64,000 nucleotides of DNA from an uncultured cyanobacterium (GCA_963719515.1 CAVRCJ010000006.1:32001-96000); one strand, 5' to 3'; shown: positions 1 to 9,554, numbered from the stretch's first letter. The notes: a model not told the origin generated them from the letters alone. A program made the numbers and translations.

Positions 1-3000
1 CTCGCGCAGGATGTCGTCTTTGTGGGAGTAGCTGTAGAACAGGCGCAGGGTGTCTTGGCGCTCTAGCTTTGTCTTGGGCTTGCGGCTGCCTTCGATGTCG
101 ACGCCGTTGAGCAGATCTGGGACGCTCAGCTCAAGCAGCTCGCCATCAATAACCTCTTAAAGGCGCTACGCCCGTTTTCTTCTCGGACCAAGAGGTCTTT
201 GTAGCTCATGTTTTGGACGGACGGCCAGGAACAGGGACGAGCTTCTAGCGGCTTGAATTTGAAGCTGCTGTGGATGCGATCGAAGTCATAGCGGATGATG
301 GCGAGCAGGCGGCGACGACTGGCGATGGGGCCATCCACGCTGATGGAGACGCAGCGATCGGCGCGATCGGCTTTGACTAGGGCGCGGTTGCCCTCGAAGT
401 TTAAGATGACGCCGGTGCGCCAGCGCAGCTGGTGCTCGCTGAGAACGTGGGTGCGGACGATGAAGCGGGGCAGTAGGCCCTCGGGGAGGATGGGGTATTC
501 GTAGCGGAAGTTGAGGCATTCGGCGAGGTTAAACTCTTCCGCTGCTTTGGGCTGCTGCTTGTCGAGCAGGTCGGGGATGAGGTAGCGCTGCTCGTCTTCG
601 GCGAAGCGGAAGCACAGCTCGAATTTGCGCATTAGCTCTAGCAGGAAGCCGTAGCGTTCAGAAGGATAGTTCTTTGGATCTAGGATATCGACCAGGTTTG
701 ATTCCCTGAGTTCTCCTTTGGTCTCTGCTACGTTCGGAGCGTTGAGTAGGGCGTAGATGCCGTTAGTGACCCAGTGGGGATTGAGGACGTGGGTGTCGCG
801 GAGGCGGAGATCTTCTTTGTAGTTGAGGGCGATGCCCAGGCTGTGGAGGCTGACGGCGAGGGAGTCTTGAGCGCTGGAGTCGGTTTCTTCGTTCTCTTGG
901 CAGATCTCGCGATAGCGCTCGAAGGAAATATAGTTGTCGTCCATGCCGGACAGCCGCTCTTTGATGGTGAGCCAGCTTGCGGGGAAGGGGGTGCGTAGAT
1001 ATTCGAGGCGATCGGTTTCGCGCTTGATGGCGGCTTGCAGCTGATTTAAGCCCGATGTTTCGGCTTTACAGTCGGTGATGATGAACTCGCGGATGTTGGG
1101 AAACTTTTGCTGTAGCGCTCTGCGATTGACGTCGAAGGGGTGCTCGCTGAATTTGTTGAGGACGACAATGACGGGGGAGTCTGCCCCGAAGCTTTGAATC
1201 AGCTCCAGCCAGTAGTCGGCGTCTTCGTCTTCGTGACCCTGGCGACCGTTGAGCACCACGAGGTAGAGGCTGCGCTCGGTGAGAAAAAACTGGTGGGTGG
1301 AGTGCATGATTTCCTGACCGCCGAAGTCCCAGACGTGGAGGGTGATGTTTTCGCTGTCGTTGAGGACGACGGGCCACTGGGTGATTTGGATGCCTTCGGT
1401 TTTCTTAGAGTCGGGGTCAAAGGTATTTGTGATGAAGCGATCGACAAGGGAGGTTTTGCCGACGTTGCCGAAGCCGACGAGAATAAGTTTGGCTTCATTA
1501 AGGGGAGTGCGATCGCTCTGTATGCGGAAGTAGTAGTTGAGGATATCCTGGGGGTTAGCGGGCGTTGCGCTCTCTTCGTTGACCTGCTCCCAAGTCGGTC
1601 CCAACACCTCGACAGAGAGTCCTAATTTCTCGTTTTCGTGCAGGTAAAGCTGTGAAAGATTGCTCAGCTGCCCCAACTCCTTCGGCAACGCTGTCAGTTG
1701 ATTTTGGTTGAGGGAAAGCTCTGAAAGATTGCTCAGCTGCCCCAACTCCTTCGGCAACGCTGTCAGTTGATTTTGGTTGAGGGAAAGCCGTGAAAGATTG
1801 CTCAGCTGCCCCAACTCCTTCGGCACCGCTGTCAGTTGATTTTGGGAGAGGGAAAGCCTGAAAGATTGCTCAGCTGCCCCAACTCCTTCGGCACCGCTGT
1901 CAGTTGATTTTGGGAGAGGGAAAGCCGTGAAAGATTGCTCAGCTGCCCCAGCTCCTTCGGCACCGCTGTCAGTTGGTTTTGGGTGAGGTAAAGCTCTGAA
2001 AGATTGCTCAGCTGCCCCAACTCCTTCGGCACCGCTGTCAGTTGATTTTGGGTGAGGTAAAGCTCTGAAAGATTGCTCAGCTGCCCCAACTCCTTCGGCA
2101 ACGCTGTCAGTTGATTTTGGGTGAGGTAAAGCTCTGAAAGATTGCTCAGCTGCCCCAACTCCTTCGGCAACGCTGTCAGTTGATTTTGGTGGAGGTAAAG
2201 CTCTGAAAGATTGCTCAGCTGCCCCAACTCCTTCGGCAACGCTGTCAGTTGATTTTGGGTGAGGGAAAGCCTGAAAGATTGCTCAGCTGCCCCAACTCCT
2301 TCGGCAACGCTGTCAGTTGATTTTGGTGGAGGTAAAGCCTGAAAGATTGCTCAGCTGCCCCAACTCCTTCGGCAACGCTGTCAGTTGATTTTGGTCGAGG
2401 GAAAGCCGTGAAAGATTGCTCAGCTGCCCCAACTCCTTCGGCAACGCTGTCAGTTGATTTTGGGCGAGGTAAAGCTCTGAAAGATTGCTCAGCTGCCCCA
2501 ACTCCTTCGGCAACGCTGTCAGTTGATTTTGGGTCGAGGAAAAGCACGTGAAAGATTGCTCAGCTGCCCCAACTCCTTCGGCAACGCTGTCAGTTGATTT
2601 TGGGAGAGGTCAAGCCCTGAAAGATTGCTCAGCTGCCCCAGCTCCTTCGGCAACGCTGTCAGTTGATTTTGGGAGAGGGAAAGCCCTGAAAGATTGCTCA
2701 GCTGCCCCAGCTCCTTCGGCAACGCTGTCAGCTCTAATTCAGAAAGGTCTAGCTTAGTCGCACCGTCTGAAATTGCCTGCCGGATTCGCCTTTTCGCTTC
2801 CGCAAAACCCTCGGCCTCATCAGCCTCTGTCCATTCCCCATCAGGCACGATCGCCCCCAGCTCCACCCCCAGCACCCGAGCGATCGCCTCAACGCTCGAT
2901 CGCCCCACCCGCTTCCCCCGCTCCGGGTGAAACAACCGACTCACCGTATCCGCACTCATCCCCGCCCGCTCCGCGATCGCTGCAAAGCTCAACCCAAGCT

Positions 3001-3064
3001 CCGCCTTCGCCGCCCGTAGCCGCTCCACTCCCTCCGGGCTGGCCAAAAAACCGCGCTTGCTCAT
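1..3064 (-). CDS. HTH-LRR-Roc-COR-TIR (Roco family) protein, broken by several 1-2 bp indels, C-terminus runs off the window
   Basis: Pieces 2519-3064 (XRE-like HTH + LRR), 2313-2513, 1832-2239 and 126-1826 (LRR; Roc P-loop GFGNVGKTS, WDFGGQE, VLNK; COR with LNPHWVT, PEGLLPRFIVR). Bases ~158->1 read in another frame give EVIDGELLELSVPDLLNGVDIEG...LRLFYSYSHKDDILRE, a typical TIR start. Confidence 0.9.
1654..2732. repeat. Tandem 69-bp LRR-coding repeat, 16 units (last partial)
   Basis: Units start (+ strand GAAAGATTGCTCAGCTGCCCC) at 1654, 1723, 1792, 1860, 1929, 1998, 2067, 2136, 2205, 2273, 2341, 2410, 2479, 2550, 2619, 2688; encodes LTA(L/V)PKELGQLSNLSxLxLxQNQ. Confidence 0.97.
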
Positions 3065-3157
3065 GAGTCGCCGTCATCCGTCAATTTTTCTCCAGCGTAG
3101 CCGAATCAGCACAGCGCTGTCCTGCTCAAACCCCAACCATTTACCCCCCAACCCCCA

Positions 3158-3474
3158 CCGCCAAGCTCAAACCCTCAACCGCCGAGTTCGGAACCTCAAC
3201 CGCCAAGCTCAAACTCTCAACCATCAAGCTCAGAGCCTCAATTGCCGAGTTCGGGGCCTCAATCGCCAAGTATCGGAACCTCAACCATCAAGCTCAAACC
3301 CTCAACTGCCAAGCTCAAACCCTTCAATTGCCGAGTTCGGAACCTCAACCATCAAGCTCAAACCCTCAACCATCAAGCTAAAACCCTCAATTGCCGAGTT
3401 CGGAGCCTCAATTGCCGAGTTCAGAACCTCAATTGCCGAGTTCAGAACCTCAACCACCAAGCTCAAATCTCGAC
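3158..3474. repeat. 21-bp tandem repeat array, about 15 units
   Basis: Units such as CCGCCAAGCTCAAACCCTCAA / TTGCCGAGTTCGGAACCTCAA; two units are 22 bp. Confidence 0.92.
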
Positions 3475-3512
3475 ATGACAAGCCCTTGGTCATTAAATTC
3501 AGTCACGCCACG

Positions 3513-3658
3513 ACGCCCGCAGACAAATCGCGGGCTGATTGAAGGCACCCACTAAAGTGGGTTAAAGCCATGTCCGCAAAGCGTTTCAGCGAGTGAAGTT
3601 TCTCCAGAGTCCACTTCAGTGGACGGCCCCCGGTAGTCCGCGATTTATCTGCGGACGT
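3513..3658. repeat. REPIN/MITE-like nested inverted repeat
   Basis: Arms 3513-3536 and 3635-3658 are 21/24 reverse-complementary; inner hairpins CCCACTAAAGTGGG and GTCCACTTCAGTGGAC; right arm overlaps a GTAG tetranucleotide. Confidence 0.7.
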
Positions 3659-3748
3659 TTGCTGCGAACGTTTGCTGCGGACTGCGGACGTTTGCTGCGG
3701 ACTGCAGACGTTTGCTGCGGGCTGCGGACGTTTGCTGCGGACGTTTGC
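3649..3748. repeat. 13-bp/7-bp tandem repeat (CTGCGGACGTTTG / CTGCGGA)
   Basis: Direct reading; derived from the right end of the preceding inverted repeat. Confidence 0.85.
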
Positions 3749-3757
3749 AAAGCGCCT

Positions 3758-3842
3758 GTAGGGCATGGCTGCGCTAAGACATCAGAAAACCCAACAAAAC
3801 GACTGCTATTGTTGGGTTTCACTGCGTTCACCCCCACCCTAC
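3758..3842. repeat. GTAG-type REP doublet (left copy degenerate)
   Basis: Starts GTAGGG, ends CCCTAC; internal AAACCCAACAA ... TTGTTGGGTTT inverted pair. Confidence 0.6.
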
Positions 3843-4151
3843 CTAACCCCAATTTTGAGCCCTGACGAAGGGCGAGTAACGATCGCCGCCGTCATTGAGC
3901 GATCGCCGTCGCTGCTGGCAAGAGGGGCAACCCCTTCACTGGCGACTCAACCGCGCATTCCCCCCCACCGGGCGAAAAAGGGGCAACAAGCGCAGCAGCC
4001 ATAGTCCAGCCTCAAACTCAGATTTCCAGAGACCCAGGCTACAGGCGTAGGGGTGTTTATGGTGTTAATGTGGCGCAATGTATTGTAAGTCAGCCCATCT
4101 CAACCTTGGGTGCTGCACTAGGCCGACTCACCTACCCCCAACCTCTACAGC

Positions 4152-5885
4152 ATGCAATTGACCCACGGCTTACACTTTCGGAATATTCGGGGAGACCTGT
4201 TTGGGGGCCTCACTGCAGCCATCGTGGCGCTTCCCCTAGCCCTCGCGTTCGGCGTTGCTTCAGGGGCGGGGGCGATCGCGGGGCTGTATGGGGCCGTCTT
4301 CACGGGGTTCTTCGCGGCCCTGTTTGGCGGGACGCCGTCCCAGGTCTCCGGGCCGACGGGTCCTATGACGGTAGTGATGGCGACGGTGTTTAGCAAACTA
4401 ATCGCCGACGATCCCGAAAACGGCATCGCCATGGCGTTCACCGCCGTCATGCTGGCTGGCCTGTTTCAAATCCTGTTTGGGGTGATGCGCCTGGGCCGCT
4501 TCATTACCCTAATGCCCTACCCCGTGATCTCGGGCTTCATGTCCGGCATTGGGGTGATTATTATTGTCTTACAGCTGGCCCCGCTAATTGGATATCCCGC
4601 TCAGAGCAGCGTCGTCGAAGGGCTGCGGCAGCTGCCGGTCTATCTATCTGCGCCCCACCTCATCGCCACCGGGCTGGGTCTTTTGACGTTGGCCATCGTG
4701 TTTTTGTGGCCCAAAAAACTAGAGCGGCTGGTGCCCTCGCCGCTGGTGGCGCTTATCCTCTGCACCGCCCTCTCAATTTTATTTTTTTCCAACAGTGACC
4801 TAGCCCGCATCGGCGATATTCCCCAAGGACTACCAAAGCTGCAGTGGCCCCGGCTCAACCTCAATCAGCTGCAAAATGTCTTGGGGTACGGGGTGATGCT
4901 GGCGACGCTGGGCGCGATTGACTCGCTGCTGACCTCCCTCGTCGCCGACAACATCACCCGAACGCAGCACGACTCAGAAAAAGAGCTAGTCGGTCAAGGC
5001 ATCGGCAACCTCTTGTCCGGTCTGTTTGGGGGGCTGCCGGGGGCGGGGGCAACGATGCGCACCGTCATCAACGTGCAGGCGGGAGGACGTACGCCGCTGT
5101 CGGGCATGACCCACGCGCTGATTTTGCTCTGCATTGTGCTGTGGGCCGGTGACATCACGGCTCAAATCCCCCACGCCGTCCTCGCCGGAATTTTGATCAA
5201 GGTCGGCGTCAAAATTGTGGACTGGAACTTTCTGTGGCGCATCTGCAGAGTCTCTCTGCGGGCCTCTCTGGTGGCCTACGGCGTCCTGCTGCTGACGGTG
5301 TTTGTCGACTTGATTACCGCCGTGGCCGTAGGCGCTTTTGTCGCCAACATGCTCACCATTCAGCGGCTGACCACCATTCAAATCGGAAAAATTCGGGCGC
5401 TCACCCATCCCGACGACGATCCCGATATCGGCCTGTCCCCCGAAGAGAAGCAGCTGCTGAGCCAAGGCCAAGAGCAGATTTTGCTGATTCAGATGAGCGG
5501 CCCTATCAGCTACGGGGCCGCCAGAACCCTGTCGTTTCACATGGGGCAGTCGTACAAGATTCTCGTTTTGGACGTCACTGATGTTCCGCTGATGGGAATC
5601 ACGGCATCGCTGCTGATTGAAACCGAAGTCAAAATGGTGCGCGGCAGGCGGCAGGGAGATGTCTTTATTGTGGGCGCTAAGGGGCAGGTGCTCAAGCGGC
5701 TACAGCAGTTCAAGATAGACAGGGTTCTGTCGTCGTCAAACTTTGCGCCGACCTGTCACGAGGCGCTGCAGATGGCGCTGGCGCGGCTCGATACCGACGC
5801 GGCCACTGGCCAAGCCGAACAGAGTCCCTCTCAGGTGGAACAAGCCCCCAGATCGCGCCCGGCTCACCCCTCACGCAAACCCTAG
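4152..5885 (+). CDS. bicA: SulP/SLC26 family anion transporter, BicA-like bicarbonate transporter with STAS domain
   Basis: GDLFGGLTAAIVALPLALAFGVASG, SGPTGPMTVV, GAGATMRTVIN motifs; could be a BicA paralogue. Confidence 0.8.
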   Translation: MQLTHGLHFRNIRGDLFGGLTAAIVALPLALAFGVASGAGAIAGLYGAVFTGFFAALFGGTPSQVSGPTGPMTVVMATVFSKLIADDPENGIAMAFTAVMLAGLFQILFGVMRLGRFITLMPYPVISGFMSGIGVIIIVLQLAPLIGYPAQSSVVEGLRQLPVYLSAPHLIATGLGLLTLAIVFLWPKKLERLVPSPLVALILCTALSILFFSNSDLARIGDIPQGLPKLQWPRLNLNQLQNVLGYGVMLATLGAIDSLLTSLVADNITRTQHDSEKELVGQGIGNLLSGLFGGLPGAGATMRTVINVQAGGRTPLSGMTHALILLCIVLWAGDITAQIPHAVLAGILIKVGVKIVDWNFLWRICRVSLRASLVAYGVLLLTVFVDLITAVAVGAFVANMLTIQRLTTIQIGKIRALTHPDDDPDIGLSPEEKQLLSQGQEQILLIQMSGPISYGAARTLSFHMGQSYKILVLDVTDVPLMGITASLLIETEVKMVRGRRQGDVFIVGAKGQVLKRLQQFKIDRVLSSSNFAPTCHEALQMALARLDTDAATGQAEQSPSQVEQAPRSRPAHPSRKP

Positions 5886-6787
5886 CCCCCCGTCAGGGTC
5901 AAGGGCCGGTCTTGGGGTGCCGCTTTCGGCACCTGGCCGGACTGCGATCGCTCCCCAGGAGCCACCATCAGCCGGATCACCGTCAGCTCCGGCGGGCACC
6001 ACAGCCGGCCCGGTGGGTAGGTTCCCAGGCCTCGGTTCACGTAAAGCATATTTTCCCCCACCCGGTGTAACCCCTGCGCCCATTCCCAATGCTTCACCAC
6101 CTTGTGGCAGTCTCGGCGCATGTAGGGCACCCAGCGGCGCAGCCACTTAGGCGTCCGGTTGCGCAACTGTTGGTACCACTGAGGGAATGGCCCTATCCAC
6201 GGCAGCACAATTTGCCCACCGTGGGTATGGCCCGACAGCTGCAGGTCAACCCGATACGGCTTCAGGGGGACGGCGCTGTCGGGGTTGTGAGAGAGGACCA
6301 AACGAGGGGTCCCCGCAGGGACTGTGTCAAGCACATCGGCGCGAAACTCCCGCGACCAGTAGTCCGCCAACCCTACCAGAGCCAGCCCCTTGCCCCAGGG
6401 GTAGCACACTTGGTTCCACAGCACCGGAATGCCCACAGCCTCAAACGCTTGGGTAACGGTGGACCGCGTGTGGGGGTAGTAGATGTCGTGGTTGCCCAAA
6501 ATCGCGTAGACGCCGGTCTTTGCTTCTAAATGCTGGAGATGCTGAGCGAGCGGCCCGGCGGGAGCCGGGTCATTGGTGATGTGGTCGCCTGTGAGCACCA
6601 CTAGGTCGGGCGCGTAGCGGTTGCTGAGGGCGATCGCCTCGGTGAGCAGGTCCGTAGACAGGCGAACGCCGTCGTAATGCAGGTCGGAAAGCTGGGTAAT
6701 GGTGAGCCCGCTTAGGTGGCTGGGCAATCCTTTGATAGAGACGGTTAGGGTCTCGACGCTGAGCGACCCCGATAGCCATCGATGCAT
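5882..6787 (-). CDS. Calcineurin-like metallophosphoesterase (YkuE-like)
   Basis: SDLH, LTGD, LGNHD, LSHNPD, SGHTHGGQ motifs; ATG start at 6787 preferred. Confidence 0.9.
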   Translation of the reverse strand: MHRWLSGSLSVETLTVSIKGLPSHLSGLTITQLSDLHYDGVRLSTDLLTEAIALSNRYAPDLVVLTGDHITNDPAPAGPLAQHLQHLEAKTGVYAILGNHDIYYPHTRSTVTQAFEAVGIPVLWNQVCYPWGKGLALVGLADYWSREFRADVLDTVPAGTPRLVLSHNPDSAVPLKPYRVDLQLSGHTHGGQIVLPWIGPFPQWYQQLRNRTPKWLRRWVPYMRRDCHKVVKHWEWAQGLHRVGENMLYVNRGLGTYPPGRLWCPPELTVIRLMVAPGERSQSGQVPKAAPQDRPLTLTGG

Positions 6788-6852
6788 AACGCTACTCCAA
6801 AACGCAGTTGCTGAGGGCCAAAAACAGCCAAAGTTTACTCTAATTATCCTAT

Positions 6853-7113
6853 CTATTCCTCCGGCATTGCCTCCTCCGAAGCGGCAGCAGTGGGGGGGCG
6901 ATCGCTGCTCCAGGCCCACCAGGGCGCACCACATTCGCAGTGATAAAACTCTTGCCACTTGCGCTGCCGATCAAAGGTATAGACGGGCGATCGCCGATTG
7001 AGCCAGACCGCCGTTGCTTTCTGAGACGGGGCAGCGCATTGGGGGCAGCAAAACGTCCGGGCATGAATTGCCTCTTGAGTCCAATCGGGCGGCGTTGGCG
7101 CAAATGCGTCCAT
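6853..7113 (-). CDS. Small Cys-rich (Zn-ribbon-like) hypothetical protein
   Basis: ATG start; CCPQC and CECG pairs; co-oriented with the phosphoesterase. Confidence 0.75.
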   Translation of the reverse strand: MDAFAPTPPDWTQEAIHARTFCCPQCAAPSQKATAVWLNRRSPVYTFDRQRKWQEFYHCECGAPWWAWSSDRPPTAAASEEAMPEE

Positions 7114-7369
7114 GAGTTACTCTGGTTTACTTCGTGTAGCTGATTTATTGGGGCGACTTGGTAGCGCTAGATGGCGTCGGACATCGTGCTTATTTTAGCG
7201 ACTTCTCGCGGTTTCCATAAAAATTAACAACAACAGTCGCTAGGTCGTCACGTCAGCGATCGCGTTAGCGATTAGTATGGGGGCGGGTCTTCGGGCGCTT
7301 TAGCTTGTCTAGACGTCGGCCTAAGTCGTTAAGTTAGACCTGGCCCGGTTGAATTAGGCAAAGTGTGGT

Positions 7370-9037
7370 ATGGATATTTTCGGTCTGCCACTTCTCAACA
7401 TTATTTCTCTTCTAGGCATATTCGGGCTGTGCGCCATTGCCTGGATTTTTTCTGAGAACCGGCGGCTGAAATATTTTCCCTGGCGAGTGGTGATCGGCGG
7501 CATTATTCTGCAGCTGCTTTTAGGGGCGCTGGTGTTTGTGGTGCCGGGGGCCAGGGACGCCCTGCAGGTTTTTAGCAACTTGCTCAACGGCGTCTTTGAC
7601 GCGGCGGATGTGGGGGCCCGCTTTGTGTTTGGCTCCAACATTGTGCCGGTGCCGGGGGAAACCCCTGCGGTAGACCTGGGCTATGTGTTTGCCTTTCGCG
7701 CCCTGCCGACGGTGATCTTTTTTGCGGGGCTGATGGCGCTGCTCTACAACCTCGGCGTCATTCAGATCGTCACCGACTTTTTCGCTAAGATTTTTTACTC
7801 CACCATGCGCCTCAGCGGCGCTGAATCCCTCAGCGGGGCGGCTAACATCTTTGTGGGCATTGAGGCCGCCATCGTGGTGAAGCCCTTCCTGGCCAAAATG
7901 ACCCGCAGCGAGCTGTGCGCCATCCTATCCTGCTGCTTTGGCACCTCAGCCTCCTCGGTGCTGGCCATCTACGTCAGCTTTCTGCGGCCCGTCTTCCCCA
8001 ACATCCTGGCTCACCTGGTGTCCGCCTCCATCATCGGCATTCCCGCCTGCTTTGTGCTCTCCAAAATTCTGGTGCCCGAGACCGGCGTGCCTCTCACCGC
8101 CGGCGGCATCCCTCGGGAAGAAGACCTGCGGGACTTCACGGCGGACGGCACTCCAGAGTCGCCTCAAACCGTGATGGGGGAGCCAATGATTAAGCAAAGC
8201 CCCATGGATGCGGCGATCGCGGGGGCGCTAGACGGGGTGCGCATGGCGGTGGGCATTGCCGCCGTGCTGATTCTCATTTTGGGGTTGGTGGCCCTGATCA
8301 ACCAGATCTTCGACGGTCTTGCTGCCGTCCCCGGCCCGGTGGGAACGACCTTCCAATACGTCACCCTGCAAAACATCATGGGGGCGCTGTTTTTGCCCTT
8401 CACGGTGCTGACGGGCGTCAGCCTAGACTGGCCCGAGCTGTGGCAGGCCTCCGTACTCATCGGGCGTCGCCTGTTTGAAACCGCCATTCCCTCTTACCAG
8501 GCCCTGGGAGTGTTGGGGGCAGAGGGGGCCGTCAGCGATCGCACTATCTTGATTGTCAGCTACGCCTTATCGGGGTTTGCCCATCTAGCATCCGTCGGCA
8601 TCTTTGTGGGCGGCACCGCTGCGCTGATTCCCTCCCGCCGCCGCGACATCGCCGAGATGGGCTGGAAAGCGCTGTTTGTCGGCACCCTGGCGACGCTAAT
8701 GATCTCCTGCGTGGCGGGGGTGTTCGACGATGGGTCGCCGGGCGTCTTGGGTCGCCCGGCCTCAGCTCCGCCCGCCATCACCGAGCCCGCCCCCGCCGAG
8801 CTAGAGGAAACGGTGCCGCCCCAGGAGGTAGAGCCCGAAATTAACACCTTGCCGGAAGACGCATCGGAAGACGCACCGGAGCAGACAGAAGCGTCCGAGA
8901 ACGAGCTAGCCGCTCCTCCAGCTTCAGAAGATCCGGCGACAGATGACCTCCCCGCTATCGACGAGACTCCGGCGGTGGATGAATTTCCGGCGGCCCCGGT
9001 AGATAACGACCCAGCAGACAGCGCCCCGGTAAACTGA
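7370..9037 (+). CDS. NupC/CNT family nucleoside transporter with acidic Pro-rich tail
   Basis: FAFRALPTVIFF, GAESLSGAANIFVG, YALSGFAH motifs. Confidence 0.9.
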   Translation: MDIFGLPLLNIISLLGIFGLCAIAWIFSENRRLKYFPWRVVIGGIILQLLLGALVFVVPGARDALQVFSNLLNGVFDAADVGARFVFGSNIVPVPGETPAVDLGYVFAFRALPTVIFFAGLMALLYNLGVIQIVTDFFAKIFYSTMRLSGAESLSGAANIFVGIEAAIVVKPFLAKMTRSELCAILSCCFGTSASSVLAIYVSFLRPVFPNILAHLVSASIIGIPACFVLSKILVPETGVPLTAGGIPREEDLRDFTADGTPESPQTVMGEPMIKQSPMDAAIAGALDGVRMAVGIAAVLILILGLVALINQIFDGLAAVPGPVGTTFQYVTLQNIMGALFLPFTVLTGVSLDWPELWQASVLIGRRLFETAIPSYQALGVLGAEGAVSDRTILIVSYALSGFAHLASVGIFVGGTAALIPSRRRDIAEMGWKALFVGTLATLMISCVAGVFDDGSPGVLGRPASAPPAITEPAPAELEETVPPQEVEPEINTLPEDASEDAPEQTEASENELAAPPASEDPATDDLPAIDETPAVDEFPAAPVDNDPADSAPVN

Positions 9038-9136
9038 GCGCTTTTCACAGGTAGAGCTACGCCAAATGTGGCAAGATCAAAACTCTACCCTTCTCAAGGG
9101 GTAGCTGCGTTTGTCCGTCACGTTTAGGCACCCGCT

Positions 9137-9541
9137 ATGACCTCTAATCTTCCTCTCGATGCCCCTTTCCAGCGGCTGCGGACGCTCCGAACCCTGCTGC
9201 TGCGGCTGCACAAAGCCCTCCTCAACTGGGAACGGGTGACCTACGAGCGAGAGCACGGCCGCATCAAAAACAACGGCGAGTTTTTTCGCTTGGTGGTGGG
9301 CCATGAGTGGTTTAAGTGGCTGCGCCCCATGTCTCAGTTCATCGTACGCATTGACGGAGCCCTGAGCACCAAAGAGCCCGCCACCTTGAGCGAGGTGAAT
9401 GAGATTTTGGGAGACGCGCGATCGCTCCTGCGCGTCAACGAAGCGGGCAGCGAATCTGAACAGCGCTACTATGAGGCGATTCAGCATAGTCCCGACATCG
9501 CCTTTATGCATGCTGAGGTGTCGCAGCTGTTGAACAAGTAG
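9137..9541 (+). CDS. Hypothetical helical protein
   Basis: 134-aa ORF filling the gap, 13 bp before the ghrA-like gene; LHKALL...YEREHG...WLRP. Confidence 0.75.
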   Translation: MTSNLPLDAPFQRLRTLRTLLLRLHKALLNWERVTYEREHGRIKNNGEFFRLVVGHEWFKWLRPMSQFIVRIDGALSTKEPATLSEVNEILGDARSLLRVNEAGSESEQRYYEAIQHSPDIAFMHAEVSQLLNK

Positions 9542-9554
9542 CGTTTGGAAAGGT

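Noticed and set aside
1654..2732. Diversity-generating retroelement target (NNC/NNG codon pattern resembles adenine mutagenesis of AAC/AAG)
   Set aside because: Other adenines, including synonymous ACA/TCA/CAA third positions, are invariant, and no RT or template repeat is in the window; not fully excluded in trans
1654..3748. CRISPR array
   Set aside because: Repeats are contiguous with no unique spacers; the 69-bp unit codes for LRRs; no cas genes
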